Assembly: GCA_030706745.1 (NCBI GenBank)
Contig: JAUZNX010000009.1
Location: forward strand, 58,740 to 122,739
Source of the DNA: Bacteroidota bacterium
GTDB taxonomy: Bacteria; Bacteroidota; Ignavibacteria; Palsa-1295
Length of the DNA: 64,000 nucleotides
Direction of reading: 5' to 3'
The position numbers were made by a program, and so were the translations under genes. The notes below the pieces were generated by a model. The model searched no databases. It was not told where the DNA came from and worked only from the letters and a program-made list of their open reading frames with translations. Below are positions 1 to 9,839 of this stretch, in pieces. The first letter of the stretch is position 1. Every line of letters begins with the position of its first letter.

Positions 1-10
1 CTGGCTTCGT

Positions 11-2122
11 TTATTCCACGATCATCGCCACCCGCTCGGCGCTGCCATTTATTCGCACGATGCATTCGTACATTCCCGCCGGCAAACCCGAGGGCTTTTG
101 CCACACGAAGGAGTGCTCGCCCGCATCCACCGCACCCGCAAACACCCGCGCGACTTCCTGGCCGAGCAGGTTCACGACTGTGACCTGCGCGAAGCCCGCA
201 GCGGGTGAGGAGAGCGTGATGGTGGTGGAAGTGGTAAGGGGGTTGGGATAACAGACCAACATAGCACGTGATGATTTCTTGATTGGCACCGAAAGTGATG
301 AGACCATCTCTCGAATGTTGCGGCGCCAGACTCCTTGCACGGATCCACCACAGTAAATATCTGAATTTAGAATGGCTAACGCGGAAACACTCAGTCTGAG
401 CAGCCCAGTGTTCGCAGATTGCCAGAACAACCCTTGATTGGTTGAAGCAAACACCCCAAAATCACTACACGCAAACAACAGGCTATCGCGGGAAGCAAGA
501 GCATATATCCGGCTCTTTGGCAAACCATTATTAGCAGGCAGCCACGTTGCCCCGTCGTCGGTCGATTTCCACAAACCCAAATCGTAGGTGTACTTGAAGA
601 GAATCCCAGACGAACGAAAGAGTCTGCCAGAGATCGAATTTGTCGCCACCTTCTCCCAGTGGGTTCCAAGGTCGAGGCTTCTGAATATTCCACTGTCAGC
701 CAAGGCGAAGACAAGACTATCGTATCCGACAAGGCTCCAAACGTAACCCCAATTTAGGGCGACAGATAACATTTCCCAGGTCTTACCTGTGTCAGGTGAT
801 CTAATTAGAGCAGGACGAGATTGCGAATAGGAATAGGTCGAGGCGATCACAATGCCTCGGCTGCTCACGGCTGCGTACCAGTAGTAATTGTTAGAATTCG
901 AGTCAAAGTTCCTCCTTAACCAATGCCCGCCGCTGTCCCAAGAAACAAGAACCCCATTCTCGTAGGAGAACAGCAGCAGTGCATCGCCAACGAATACCAA
1001 GCATTGCAGAGAGCCAAGATTGCCTTCCCTGAGCTCCCATGAATCGCCCATATCCGAAGACGAAGAGATCGCACCGTCCTCACGTGACACAATGCTGTTG
1101 CCAAACACATCCAGCTGATTAACGACTGACCCATACAATCCGTGATCTTCAAGAACCCACGTTGCACCCGAGTCCGTCGAGCGAACAACGCCGGCACCGG
1201 TTCCTGCAAAGATCCCGTTGTTATTTTGTACGAGCCCTCTGAAAGTCTTGTTCGGAAGCCCGGAGTCGGATTCCGTCCATCGCTTGCCCCCGTCAGTGGA
1301 GACAAGAAGGCCACGATCCGTACCAAGAAGGACGCGATTTGATACCTGAAGCACGCTCAGAGCCACCAAGCGAAGAGAATCCCATGTCAGTCCATCATCA
1401 TTAGAAAAATACGACTCACTGTCAATTGCTACCACGACGCTACTCCCTGAGGCGCAACCACCATTGCTATAATAACTGATTTGGGGCAGCAGCACATTGA
1501 CCGGTTTCCATGATTGGCCGAAATCATTCGATCGGTACAGGCTCAACCCATGGAGAAAATAACCATACGGATCCGAATGTAGAATTGCAAACAGTTCCAT
1601 CCCATTGGAAACCAATTGCTCGACAGGCCATGGGCGGTCAACTGTATCCGAAATGCCCCGGCCGGTCGGAAGTCCCTTGTTGGCTAAGTACCAGTGGTGG
1701 CCAGCGTCGATTGAACGAATGACAGTACTGTTCGAATTATCAAAGGCAAAAAGTACGGTATCTATAGCCGCTTGAATAACCGTCTGGGAATCTGGCAGTT
1801 TCCTCCAACTCTGACCTGTGTCTGTCGAAAACCACGTCGGATTTGATGAACCGTAGTATGGCGTTAGATAGATGGTATTCCGAGATTTGACCAACCAAGG
1901 ATCGAAGGCAGCATCTGATAAACTGCTAATCCAAGTCTGACCTGAATTCGAACTCCTGTAAGGTCCGCCCTCAGTCGCTGTGACCAACTTATCCCCGATC
2001 GAAAGGAGCGAGTAAACGGGGGCATGATACGGCCCATTCGTCTGCACCCACTGCCCACGACCAGCGGAAGTCGATAGTGCGAGGAGCGCAAAGACCAAGA
2101 GACGTGTGAACGAGTGCTTCAT
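11..2122 (-). CDS. Secreted BNR/Asp-box beta-propeller protein with C-terminal T9SS type A sorting domain
   Basis: Signal peptide; many SxDxGxTW Asp-box repeats; C-terminus YPNP...VNLLGQEV...LPAGMYECIV is typical of a T9SS CTD. Confidence 0.85.
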   Translation of the reverse strand: MKHSFTRLLVFALLALSTSAGRGQWVQTNGPYHAPVYSLLSIGDKLVTATEGGPYRSSNSGQTWISSLSDAAFDPWLVKSRNTIYLTPYYGSSNPTWFSTDTGQSWRKLPDSQTVIQAAIDTVLFAFDNSNSTVIRSIDAGHHWYLANKGLPTGRGISDTVDRPWPVEQLVSNGMELFAILHSDPYGYFLHGLSLYRSNDFGQSWKPVNVLLPQISYYSNGGCASGSSVVVAIDSESYFSNDDGLTWDSLRLVALSVLQVSNRVLLGTDRGLLVSTDGGKRWTESDSGLPNKTFRGLVQNNNGIFAGTGAGVVRSTDSGATWVLEDHGLYGSVVNQLDVFGNSIVSREDGAISSSSDMGDSWELREGNLGSLQCLVFVGDALLLFSYENGVLVSWDSGGHWLRRNFDSNSNNYYWYAAVSSRGIVIASTYSYSQSRPALIRSPDTGKTWEMLSVALNWGYVWSLVGYDSLVFALADSGIFRSLDLGTHWEKVATNSISGRLFRSSGILFKYTYDLGLWKSTDDGATWLPANNGLPKSRIYALASRDSLLFACSDFGVFASTNQGLFWQSANTGLLRLSVSALAILNSDIYCGGSVQGVWRRNIREMVSSLSVPIKKSSRAMLVCYPNPLTTSTTITLSSPAAGFAQVTVVNLLGQEVARVFAGAVDAGEHSFVWQKPSGLPAGMYECIVRINGSAERVAMIVE

Positions 2123-2268
2123 AAGCGGTATAAAAATACGACAATTCGGGCTGAGCTATTCCAAAAATGTTGTGAGATTGGTTAGGAGCCGGGATCTTTG
2201 GCACGAGCACGAACTCGCTGCTGTTCTGCCAGCGCAATTTTGGACTTGCGGGAACGCGCTTCTCGGAG

Positions 2269-2320
2269 TTTTCAAGAAAGTGGTGCCATTATGAAAATTA
2301 AACTCAAATATTCAAATTGA
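2269..2320 (+). repeat. AT-rich dispersed repeat, copy A
   Basis: TTTTCAAGAAAGTGGTGCCATTATGAAAATTAAACTCAAATATTCAAATTGA matches the reverse complement of 51481-51532 at 44/52 positions (hand alignment). Confidence 0.75.
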
Positions 2321-2351
2321 GTCGGCTTTTCTTTCCATGTGAAGGAGAATT

Positions 2352-2405
2352 ATGAAAAACAAACTCAATTCTCAAACAACTAAATACCTCCAAGAAAGAA
2401 AATGA
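2352..2405 (+). CDS. Possible 17-aa upstream micro-ORF MKNKLNSQTTKYLQERK
   Basis: GAAGGAG at 2341-2347 precedes the ATG; its TGA overlaps the next ATG (ATGA, 2402-2405). Confidence 0.3.
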   Translation: MKNKLNSQTTKYLQERK

Positions 2406-2761
2406 AGATCAAGCTCCTCGATATTTGTCATGCACGTTCGGGCGATAAAGGCGACGCGGCGAATGTGGGTCTCATCGCTCGCGAAGAGCGCTACTATCCC
2501 CTCATCAAGGAAAAGGTGACGCGCGCGGCGGTCAAGAAACACTTTAAGGGGATTTGCCTGGGTCCGGTCGAGCGATACGAACTACCGAACCTTTGGGCGC
2601 TCAACTTTCTGCTGCACAACACGCTCGGTGGTGGGGGCACAGTGAGCTTGAAGCAAGATGCGCAAGGCAAAACGCTTGCGGCGGCGTTACTCCGAATGGA
2701 GATCGATGTGCCTCCAGCTTTGATGCGTCCGCTGAAGGTGAACGGTCGGACTAAGAAGTAA
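2402..2761 (+). CDS. Stand-alone AtuA-like C-terminal (ferredoxin-fold) domain protein
   Basis: HARSGDKGDxANVG and LGGGG...DAQGK motifs. Confidence 0.8.
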   Translation: MKIKLLDICHARSGDKGDAANVGLIAREERYYPLIKEKVTRAAVKKHFKGICLGPVERYELPNLWALNFLLHNTLGGGGTVSLKQDAQGKTLAAALLRMEIDVPPALMRPLKVNGRTKK

Positions 2762-2764
2762 GCG

Positions 2765-3292
2765 ATGCTTACTCGCCTCCAGCGGCTCGCGAGCGAGACG
2801 TTGCACGAGAACCCGTGGTGGCAGTACCGACACGATCGGTATACCCATCCCGATGGCTCGGAGGGCGATTTTTTTTATGCGCATACGCGTGGCGCGGTCT
2901 TCGTGATACCCGAGTATGATGATGGCCGCGTTCTCATGCTTCGGCAATTCCGCTATCTGAACCAGCGCGAGAGTTTGGAATTTGTTGGCGGCGGAATAAA
3001 GGAAGGGCTTACGCGCGAGGTATCGGCCCGCGAAGAATTGCTGGAAGAATCGGGACTTTTGGCCGATAGATTAATCCCGTTGGGCTGGTTCAATCCTATG
3101 AACGGTCTGAGCGATGAGGAGTGTTACGTCTTCCTCGCTACCGGCCTGCATTCCAATAGCGCTCATCCGGAAGTTTCGGAAGAATTCGAACCGGTGTTAC
3201 TTACGCTTCCCGAAATCGATCGACAGATTTCGTCGGGCGAAATTTGGGACGGGATGACACTCGCAGCCTATAGCCTTTACCGCTTTCGTTGA
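2765..3292 (+). CDS. NUDIX hydrolase (ADP-ribose pyrophosphatase-like)
   Basis: Nudix box GGGIKEGLTREVSAREELLEESG. Confidence 0.9.
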   Translation: MLTRLQRLASETLHENPWWQYRHDRYTHPDGSEGDFFYAHTRGAVFVIPEYDDGRVLMLRQFRYLNQRESLEFVGGGIKEGLTREVSAREELLEESGLLADRLIPLGWFNPMNGLSDEECYVFLATGLHSNSAHPEVSEEFEPVLLTLPEIDRQISSGEIWDGMTLAAYSLYRFR

Positions 3293-3303
3293 ACTTTGGT
3301 CGC

Positions 3304-4383
3304 ATGAAGTTGAAACTCGCAATCTTACTTCTCCTTTCCTTCGCCTCTTCGCTCGCAGTCGCTCAGCACAATCCTGCTTCGCAGGAATTCCGCCTGCACT
3401 TTAAGGAAGGGGATCTTTGGCGCGTGCAAACGACTGAGGTCCTCCGGCTCATGATGCACTTTCCTCAGGTCGATCCGATGGATGCCAAGCCAAGCATTCG
3501 CACGACGGTATACTCCTTTACCTACGCGATCGAAAAGACTCTTCCCGATGGTTCGGCCGTCATTGGCGCAACGCTCGACTCGTTCAAGACGCGGATTATG
3601 TTTGGCGAAGGGAAGCATGCGGAGGACTTCTTTCATTTCAACTCCGCAGTCGATTGGGACCTCGAACATACCCTTCGAGACATCAAGACACTGCCACGCG
3701 CCCAATTCCTCGGTCAAACACTTCGCTTTACGATGCGGCCCGATGGCACCGTTCACGATTTTCAGAACCTCGCCGACTTTCATCAAAATGCCATCGGCAA
3801 AGGCTATGACTACGACATGGTCCATGCGGTATTGTCTTTATCGGATTCATTGCGGATGGGGCAACTGCTGGAGTTCGGTTTCGGCGGGCTGGCCGCCACC
3901 GGTGCAGAGTACCGATCGCCTTCCACGGCGACAGAAATCCCAATGGTTCGAAAAGTCTCGTTCTCATCGGCTGGCAAACGTGCCGCGAATGTGAGCGTCG
4001 TCTACTCGGATCCACAGGAGCATATTGATTATCTTGAGGGCATCGCGACGCCCATGGGTATTCTGAAATTTCAGGGTGGCGGGCAAGGCAACATTCTGAT
4101 GCACGAGAATTTCTTGAAGCATGGTTCCTACCGAGACACTGCGAACGTTGTTCTCGCAATCGATATCGATACGGTGCCGGAAGAGATCACGAGGCTCGTT
4201 ACGACGGACGTCACGCCGATTCCGGTACTTCGCGCAGGCAAGCAAGGAGGGCGGATCACGGTACAAGAAATCGAGTCCCACGAGGCACCGGTACCGAAAC
4301 ACGAGCGTTCCTCACCCGAGAATTCAAAAACCATCCCTGTGGATACCCTCGGCACTCGAGCGCCTTCCACTATTAAACCATAG
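3304..4383 (+). CDS. Secreted hypothetical protein (DUF6263-like)
   Basis: ATG at 3304 gives signal peptide MKLKLAILLLLSFASSLAVA; beta-rich body similar in layout to the next gene. Confidence 0.65.
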   Translation: MKLKLAILLLLSFASSLAVAQHNPASQEFRLHFKEGDLWRVQTTEVLRLMMHFPQVDPMDAKPSIRTTVYSFTYAIEKTLPDGSAVIGATLDSFKTRIMFGEGKHAEDFFHFNSAVDWDLEHTLRDIKTLPRAQFLGQTLRFTMRPDGTVHDFQNLADFHQNAIGKGYDYDMVHAVLSLSDSLRMGQLLEFGFGGLAATGAEYRSPSTATEIPMVRKVSFSSAGKRAANVSVVYSDPQEHIDYLEGIATPMGILKFQGGGQGNILMHENFLKHGSYRDTANVVLAIDIDTVPEEITRLVTTDVTPIPVLRAGKQGGRITVQEIESHEAPVPKHERSSPENSKTIPVDTLGTRAPSTIKP

Positions 4384-4393
4384 CAATACTCCT

Positions 4394-5461
4394 TTGAACT
4401 TCAGGACCACCCTTCTTTTCGCCGGACTCACAATTCTTGTTGCATGCGGTAAAAAGGATACCGCTCCTACAACCACGACGACGACCACAATCGACACGAC
4501 TGTAAAGGCCGAGCCTGTTGTCATTGCGGACACGAATCATCATCTCTATTTTCGGCCGGTAGCCGGGAGCGTCCGGCGCTATCACGTCATCGACCGCATG
4601 ACTGCCGAAGCAACCGATGCACAGCCGGGCGGCCAGACAGACAAGCATGCCGGGACCAGTCAGAATGAATTCTATGTGACGGCCACGACGGGAACTACGG
4701 GAAGCGATAGCAGCGTCGAACTTACCGTTCGAGTTGATTCGATCAGTCTGTCGGCCGATCAGGACACAACGCACACGCGATACTCGAGCAATAACGCGAA
4801 GGACCGCGCCAACGAGCGCTACAGGCAATTTAATATTATGATCGGCAAGACGATCAAGGTACGCGTCGACAAATATGGCGATCTTGCGGCCATGACCGAT
4901 GTCAGTGCGATCTCGGGTGCCCTCATGAGTCAGGTCCCGGATTCCCTCCGATCGAATCCGCGCATCCAACAAATGGCAACGCAACAGGCCCAGGAAATTG
5001 CCAATTCATATCTGATGCGTGTTCTGGTCCATAGCCCGACGCGAGCGTTAATCAAAGACACAACGTGGCGCCATAGCTCCGACGTTAATCTCAATATTGC
5101 TCAGGGACTGAGCTTCCCGGTTACGGTTGCGGCCTCAGAGACTGTCCGCGGGCTCGAGCGACGTAATGGACGTGTCCTTGCAGTGCTGGAAGACAATACG
5201 ACAACAACCCCAAAGAAACTCGTCCTGCAGGAAGGCCCCACCAAAGCAACGATCAGTAATTTCGTTGCGACCTCGCATGGTGTCGCCCGCGTCGACGATG
5301 CAACGGGCGTGCTGTTCCATCGCGCACTCGATGAGAAGCGGAGTTTCACGTTTGTTGTGGAGAATACCCAGCACCCGGGCGAGCGTCGTTCCATCTCTCA
5401 GAATGGATCGGAGACTCTGACCGTAGAGTTGATCGCAGAGACACCAGTCGCCAAACCATAG
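4394..5461 (+). CDS. Hypothetical lipoprotein (DUF6263-like)
   Basis: In-frame TTG at 4394, just after the upstream stop, gives MNFRTTLLFAGLTILVAC (lipobox) and a Thr-rich linker. Confidence 0.7.
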   Translation: MNFRTTLLFAGLTILVACGKKDTAPTTTTTTTIDTTVKAEPVVIADTNHHLYFRPVAGSVRRYHVIDRMTAEATDAQPGGQTDKHAGTSQNEFYVTATTGTTGSDSSVELTVRVDSISLSADQDTTHTRYSSNNAKDRANERYRQFNIMIGKTIKVRVDKYGDLAAMTDVSAISGALMSQVPDSLRSNPRIQQMATQQAQEIANSYLMRVLVHSPTRALIKDTTWRHSSDVNLNIAQGLSFPVTVAASETVRGLERRNGRVLAVLEDNTTTTPKKLVLQEGPTKATISNFVATSHGVARVDDATGVLFHRALDEKRSFTFVVENTQHPGERRSISQNGSETLTVELIAETPVAKP

Positions 5462-5624
5462 CCGTTCGAATGAAAATGTTCGATATCATGGGTGTTCGCG
5501 GAATTCGTTGACACTCCATGAGGTTCGTATTTCTGATCTGCGCGCGCCCAGACGGCGCAGAAGCCGAAATGTGGACTGTCCGAATGGTGATTACGCGGAC
5601 CGTACGATTGCCCAGCGGTAGTAG

Positions 5625-7997
5625 ATGATATCAAGCGACGATCGCAAGCCTTATCGTGGATCAAAGGTAGACGGTACGTCCAGCACGACACCTGGTGTGC
5701 AGGGCAGTACCTCGAATGGCCGCAATTCGCAGCCAGTGAAGAAGATTGTCTTCGACGATTTTCAAATCACCCGTGCCGAGCAGCAAGCGCAAGTCGATGA
5801 GGAACGTCGCGTCTGGCGCGAACGCGAAGAACGGACGCAGCGGGAAAAAGCACCGCTCTTTCGTCGGGCTGTGCCACGTCTCAAATCGCTTCGCGATGAG
5901 ATGATCGGTGTTCAGAATAAGCTTCCATTTTTCAAACGTCATCGCGATTCGGATTCTCAGCTTGAATCGGAGACGCCGCCAGCCGATACTACATTCGATC
6001 CAACTCCGGATTATGCGATTGGCCACGAACCATACTTCGCGGATCACGAGCGGGCCGTAGTGCATATTACACGAGCCTCGCAGCCCCCCCCCATATCAGA
6101 AGGACCAGAGCACTTGCGATTTGCGCCCGAGGAGCAGACGACCGAATGGATTGACGATTCATTGCCGGTTGAGCAGATTGGCATTGATGAGGCTAGCACG
6201 CAAATGAACTCGGAGTACATTCTTGATGAGGTGCTGCCGGAAGCCAAGTCTATCCCAGAGCCGTGGCAAGACGATTCGATCGAGGAGGAACTTCGTGCCG
6301 AAGCCATCCTTGAGGATTTCGTCGAAGTGGTCGAGCCTGCCGATGAAGCATATCCGGATGAGTCCCAGATAGCTGCCGAGCGACCGGCCGAGGACCCGAG
6401 GACATCCGATGAGCCACGAATCGAGCCGACGATGCAGGTGTACCTGGACTCACTTCGATCGTTCGACTCGCAGCCCCGCCGCGCAAGCGATGCGCGCGAT
6501 CCCCGGAGCGATTTCGTTGTCATCCTGGCCGAGCAATTGGACATCCTTCGCGAACAGGTCGCTGCCACATCGGCAATGTTCTTTTGGGTGAATTCGAAGC
6601 GGCAGCATTTGGTACTCGAAAGCGCTGCGCTCGACGATCGTGCGTATCAATTCCTTGTCTCCGACAAGCGCTTCCCGATCGAGTTGGACGCGGTCAGCCG
6701 CGTTGCGACCAAACGTAAACCGGAGTTGCACTCGGTCATTGCTCCTCAAGCCGAACGTGATCTCATCCCCTACTACGGTGAAGCGATCGGTATTTCGTCT
6801 TTCGCGGGAATGCCCGTCTTCTTTGGTGAAGGTCTTGTCGCTGTTCTGACCGTGGACTCCGCAACTCCGGAGCAATTTACACCGGAAACGCTCCGGATCT
6901 TGACGAGCCATTCACGACTTCTTTCGGCACTGATTCGATCGTACATAGAGAAGTATGATTTACTGGCATCGGCTCGCGCACTGGATGCGGCCCGAATGCT
7001 GAATCAGATAGTGAGCCCTGACCAATCTGCGCGGTTGCTTCGGGAGCGTCGGAATCCGGACTATGTGCTTCGCGCGCTCACACAAGCCGCCAGCGAAATC
7101 ATCGACTGGGACTGGCTGGCATCGGTTTCATTCGACTCCGCACGGCGCACTTGGTCGATCTCCAGCCTTCAGTCGAAACACGGTGGCGCTTACGTTCCAC
7201 CGATGACAGCGATCTCGCTCGAAGAGAGCCTTGTCGGCAAATGTCTCGCCGGTGGACAGAGCGTTCGGCAGGACTCGCTCGGATTGCAGAGCATCCGATA
7301 CAACGTGGAAGAAGACCGGCCCGGCGCTATGGGCCATGCATTCTTAGTGATACCGATCCGGACCACAAATCGAAATTATGGAGCACTGGCGATCGAACAT
7401 TCCGAGCGAGCGCATTACACTGATGCAGACGTTGAGACTCTCGAGCACCTCTCGCGGAGTGCAGCTGCGGCACTCGAAATCATGGCACTCAGTGAAATTG
7501 TCAGCGAGCGGGCACTCACCGATCTTTTGACAGATCTTCTGAATAAACATGGGCTTCACATGCGCACGCGCGAAGAACTGGCGCGCGCGACGCAATTTGA
7601 TGAGCCGTTGACCCTGGTCTTGTTCGAAATCGATGGTGCTTCGGAATTTGCCACGCGCTTCTCGCAGGAAGATTCGGACACCATCGTGCTTTCGCTTGCG
7701 CGACTCTTGCGATTTGGTGCGCGTCCATTCGATGTAATTGCGCGCACGGATGAGCATACGCTTGCCGCCCTGCTCATTCGGATGCCGGATGAGGATGCCT
7801 ATCTCTGGAGCGAAAAGATGCGAAAGATGATCGTGAGCGAAGTCATCGCGATGGGCCGGCGAAGCTTTTCGGTGACGGTCTCGGCCGGCGTTTCCGGGGC
7901 CAGACGGGACGGCTCGGTGGACGAACTAATTGCCGGCGCGGAACTTGCGCTTGAGCGTGCGCGTGAACTTGGCGGAAACAATGTAATCGTGTATTAG
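5625..7997 (+). CDS. Acidic N-terminal region + 2 GAF domains + degenerate GGDEF domain
   Basis: Two GAF-like segments; DLLTDLLNK...RPFDVIARTDEHTL...VTVSAGVS diguanylate-cyclase fold with the GGDEF motif replaced. Confidence 0.85.
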   Translation: MISSDDRKPYRGSKVDGTSSTTPGVQGSTSNGRNSQPVKKIVFDDFQITRAEQQAQVDEERRVWREREERTQREKAPLFRRAVPRLKSLRDEMIGVQNKLPFFKRHRDSDSQLESETPPADTTFDPTPDYAIGHEPYFADHERAVVHITRASQPPPISEGPEHLRFAPEEQTTEWIDDSLPVEQIGIDEASTQMNSEYILDEVLPEAKSIPEPWQDDSIEEELRAEAILEDFVEVVEPADEAYPDESQIAAERPAEDPRTSDEPRIEPTMQVYLDSLRSFDSQPRRASDARDPRSDFVVILAEQLDILREQVAATSAMFFWVNSKRQHLVLESAALDDRAYQFLVSDKRFPIELDAVSRVATKRKPELHSVIAPQAERDLIPYYGEAIGISSFAGMPVFFGEGLVAVLTVDSATPEQFTPETLRILTSHSRLLSALIRSYIEKYDLLASARALDAARMLNQIVSPDQSARLLRERRNPDYVLRALTQAASEIIDWDWLASVSFDSARRTWSISSLQSKHGGAYVPPMTAISLEESLVGKCLAGGQSVRQDSLGLQSIRYNVEEDRPGAMGHAFLVIPIRTTNRNYGALAIEHSERAHYTDADVETLEHLSRSAAAALEIMALSEIVSERALTDLLTDLLNKHGLHMRTREELARATQFDEPLTLVLFEIDGASEFATRFSQEDSDTIVLSLARLLRFGARPFDVIARTDEHTLAALLIRMPDEDAYLWSEKMRKMIVSEVIAMGRRSFSVTVSAGVSGARRDGSVDELIAGAELALERARELGGNNVIVY

Positions 7998-8245
7998 GCC
8001 AGCCAGCGGCTGCACTGGATGGTCGAGCGGTTCCGGGAATATACGACATTTTTTCGCGAAATCCAAATTTGGCTCGGAACCTACGAAAATGAGTGGCCGT
8101 TCATGGTGGCACAATCGCATCAGCATTTGTATTTAATGGCTGAATTGACTTCATTTCGGGAGATGATTGGCCTGTTCGCCTTTGGCGGGCCTTCCGCCCG
8201 TGCTTTTCAACCTCGGTCCCGAACAACCTTGGTAACCGTCTAACC

Positions 8246-9121
8246 ATGCGCATTTCGAAGCAATACACCAACCGCGAGAGTCAATCGCTCGATATGTACC
8301 TTCAGGAAATCGGCAAGGTCGATCTTCTGAACTCGGACGATGAAATTCGTCTGGCAAAGTTAATTAAGAGCGAAGCGCCGGAAATGCAGAGTGCATCCCA
8401 GCGGGCGCTTGAAATCCTGGTCAAAGCCAATTTGCGCTTTGTCGTCTCGGTCGCGAAACAATACCAGAATCAAGGTCTTTCGCTCGGCGATTTGATCAAT
8501 GAGGGGAATTTGGGCCTTATCAAGGCGGCCCGGCGATTCGATGAGACCCGCGGCTTCAAGTTTATCTCCTATGCTGTCTGGTGGATTCGTCAATCCATCC
8601 TGCAGGCACTCGCGGAACAATCGCGCATCGTGCGTCTGCCGCTGAACCGAGTCGGCGCTCTGAATAAGATTTCGAAGAAATTCTCCCAGCTTGAACAGGA
8701 GTTCGAGCGCGAGCCATCCGCCGCCGAATTGGCCGATAAGCTCGATATGACGACGAACGAAGTCGCCGAGACCCTTAAAATTTCGGGTCGTCATCTTTCA
8801 GTCGATCAGCCGTTTGCCGTTGGCGAAGATAATCGGCTGCTCGATGTGCTCCAGGATATGGCGCAGACGCCGCCGGACTCCACGCTGATGAGTGATTCGC
8901 TCAAGTTGGAAGTTTCCCGCGCCCTGACCGCACTCTCCACCCGCGAACGCGAAGTACTTGAACTGTATTTTGGCCTCAACGACATTCACCCGCTGACGCT
9001 TGAAGAGATTGGCGAGAAATTCGCTCTGACCCGCGAGCGCGTCCGCCAGATCAAAGAAAAGGCGATTCGCCGACTGCGGCACACCCCGAAGACGAGACCG
9101 TTACAAAGCTATTTGGGATGA
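8246..9121 (+). CDS. rpoD: Primary sigma-70 factor, short Bacteroidota type (no region 1.1)
   Basis: [40 protein letters not shown]...TRERVRQI; 291 aa. Confidence 0.9.
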   Translation: MRISKQYTNRESQSLDMYLQEIGKVDLLNSDDEIRLAKLIKSEAPEMQSASQRALEILVKANLRFVVSVAKQYQNQGLSLGDLINEGNLGLIKAARRFDETRGFKFISYAVWWIRQSILQALAEQSRIVRLPLNRVGALNKISKKFSQLEQEFEREPSAAELADKLDMTTNEVAETLKISGRHLSVDQPFAVGEDNRLLDVLQDMAQTPPDSTLMSDSLKLEVSRALTALSTREREVLELYFGLNDIHPLTLEEIGEKFALTRERVRQIKEKAIRRLRHTPKTRPLQSYLG

Positions 9122-9154
9122 TCCACCGAGGTTAAACGACCGGACGGATCGGTT

Positions 9155-9820
9155 CTATAGGAACTGGAATAGGTCTATCAGCGAAGCGATCGCGTAGTCT
9201 GGCTGTAGCTCCAGCAGTCTCTCTCCACCAAACCCATACAGAGCGGCCACAGTCTTTACTCCTGCGTTCTTGCCGGCCATGATATCTGCTGCCGTATCAC
9301 CGACCATTATAGCATCTGCCGGTTTTACACCAAAGACATCGAGCGCTTTCAATAATGGTTCGGGATCGGGCTTAACACGAACGACATCCTCCGCAGAGAT
9401 GATAATATCGAAAAGGTGAACGATACCGGTTTGTTCGAGTGACCGAATGGAGGTGCGGATCGAGCGCGTAGTGATTGCCCCGATCTTTATGCCACGCGCG
9501 CGGAAGCCTTCGAGAACGCTCAGGGTATCGGGAAACAACCTCGCCAAGTGCAGATTCTCAGACTGGAACGTCCGATGCGCTTGGCACAAAGCTGTTACAT
9601 CATGGCCGGGCGCCATTTCCATGTAGACTTCTTCGAGCGGACCGCCCATGAGATGGGAGATCCTCTCCCGTGAAAGCCGCTCGACCCCATGCAATTCAAA
9701 TGCATGTTCGAACGCACCGTAAATAAAATCGAACGTATCGAGAAGAGTACCATCGATATCGAAGAGAATAGCCTGTAGCGTATTGAGAAGCATAGTTTGC
9801 AAGTAACGAGGAGCATCCAC
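9155..9820 (-). CDS. HAD-family phosphatase (Gph/PpaX-like)
   Basis: FDIDGTLLDT, KPDPEP and MVGD motifs; start may be 9793. Confidence 0.9.
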   Translation of the reverse strand: MDAPRYLQTMLLNTLQAILFDIDGTLLDTFDFIYGAFEHAFELHGVERLSRERISHLMGGPLEEVYMEMAPGHDVTALCQAHRTFQSENLHLARLFPDTLSVLEGFRARGIKIGAITTRSIRTSIRSLEQTGIVHLFDIIISAEDVVRVKPDPEPLLKALDVFGVKPADAIMVGDTAADIMAGKNAGVKTVAALYGFGGERLLELQPDYAIASLIDLFQFL

Positions 9821-9839
9821 AAATTGTTAGCAGAAGCGT

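Noticed and set aside
4121-4393. N-terminal extension of the 446-aa ORF
   Set aside because: Overlaps the upstream gene; a lipoprotein signal begins at TTG 4394
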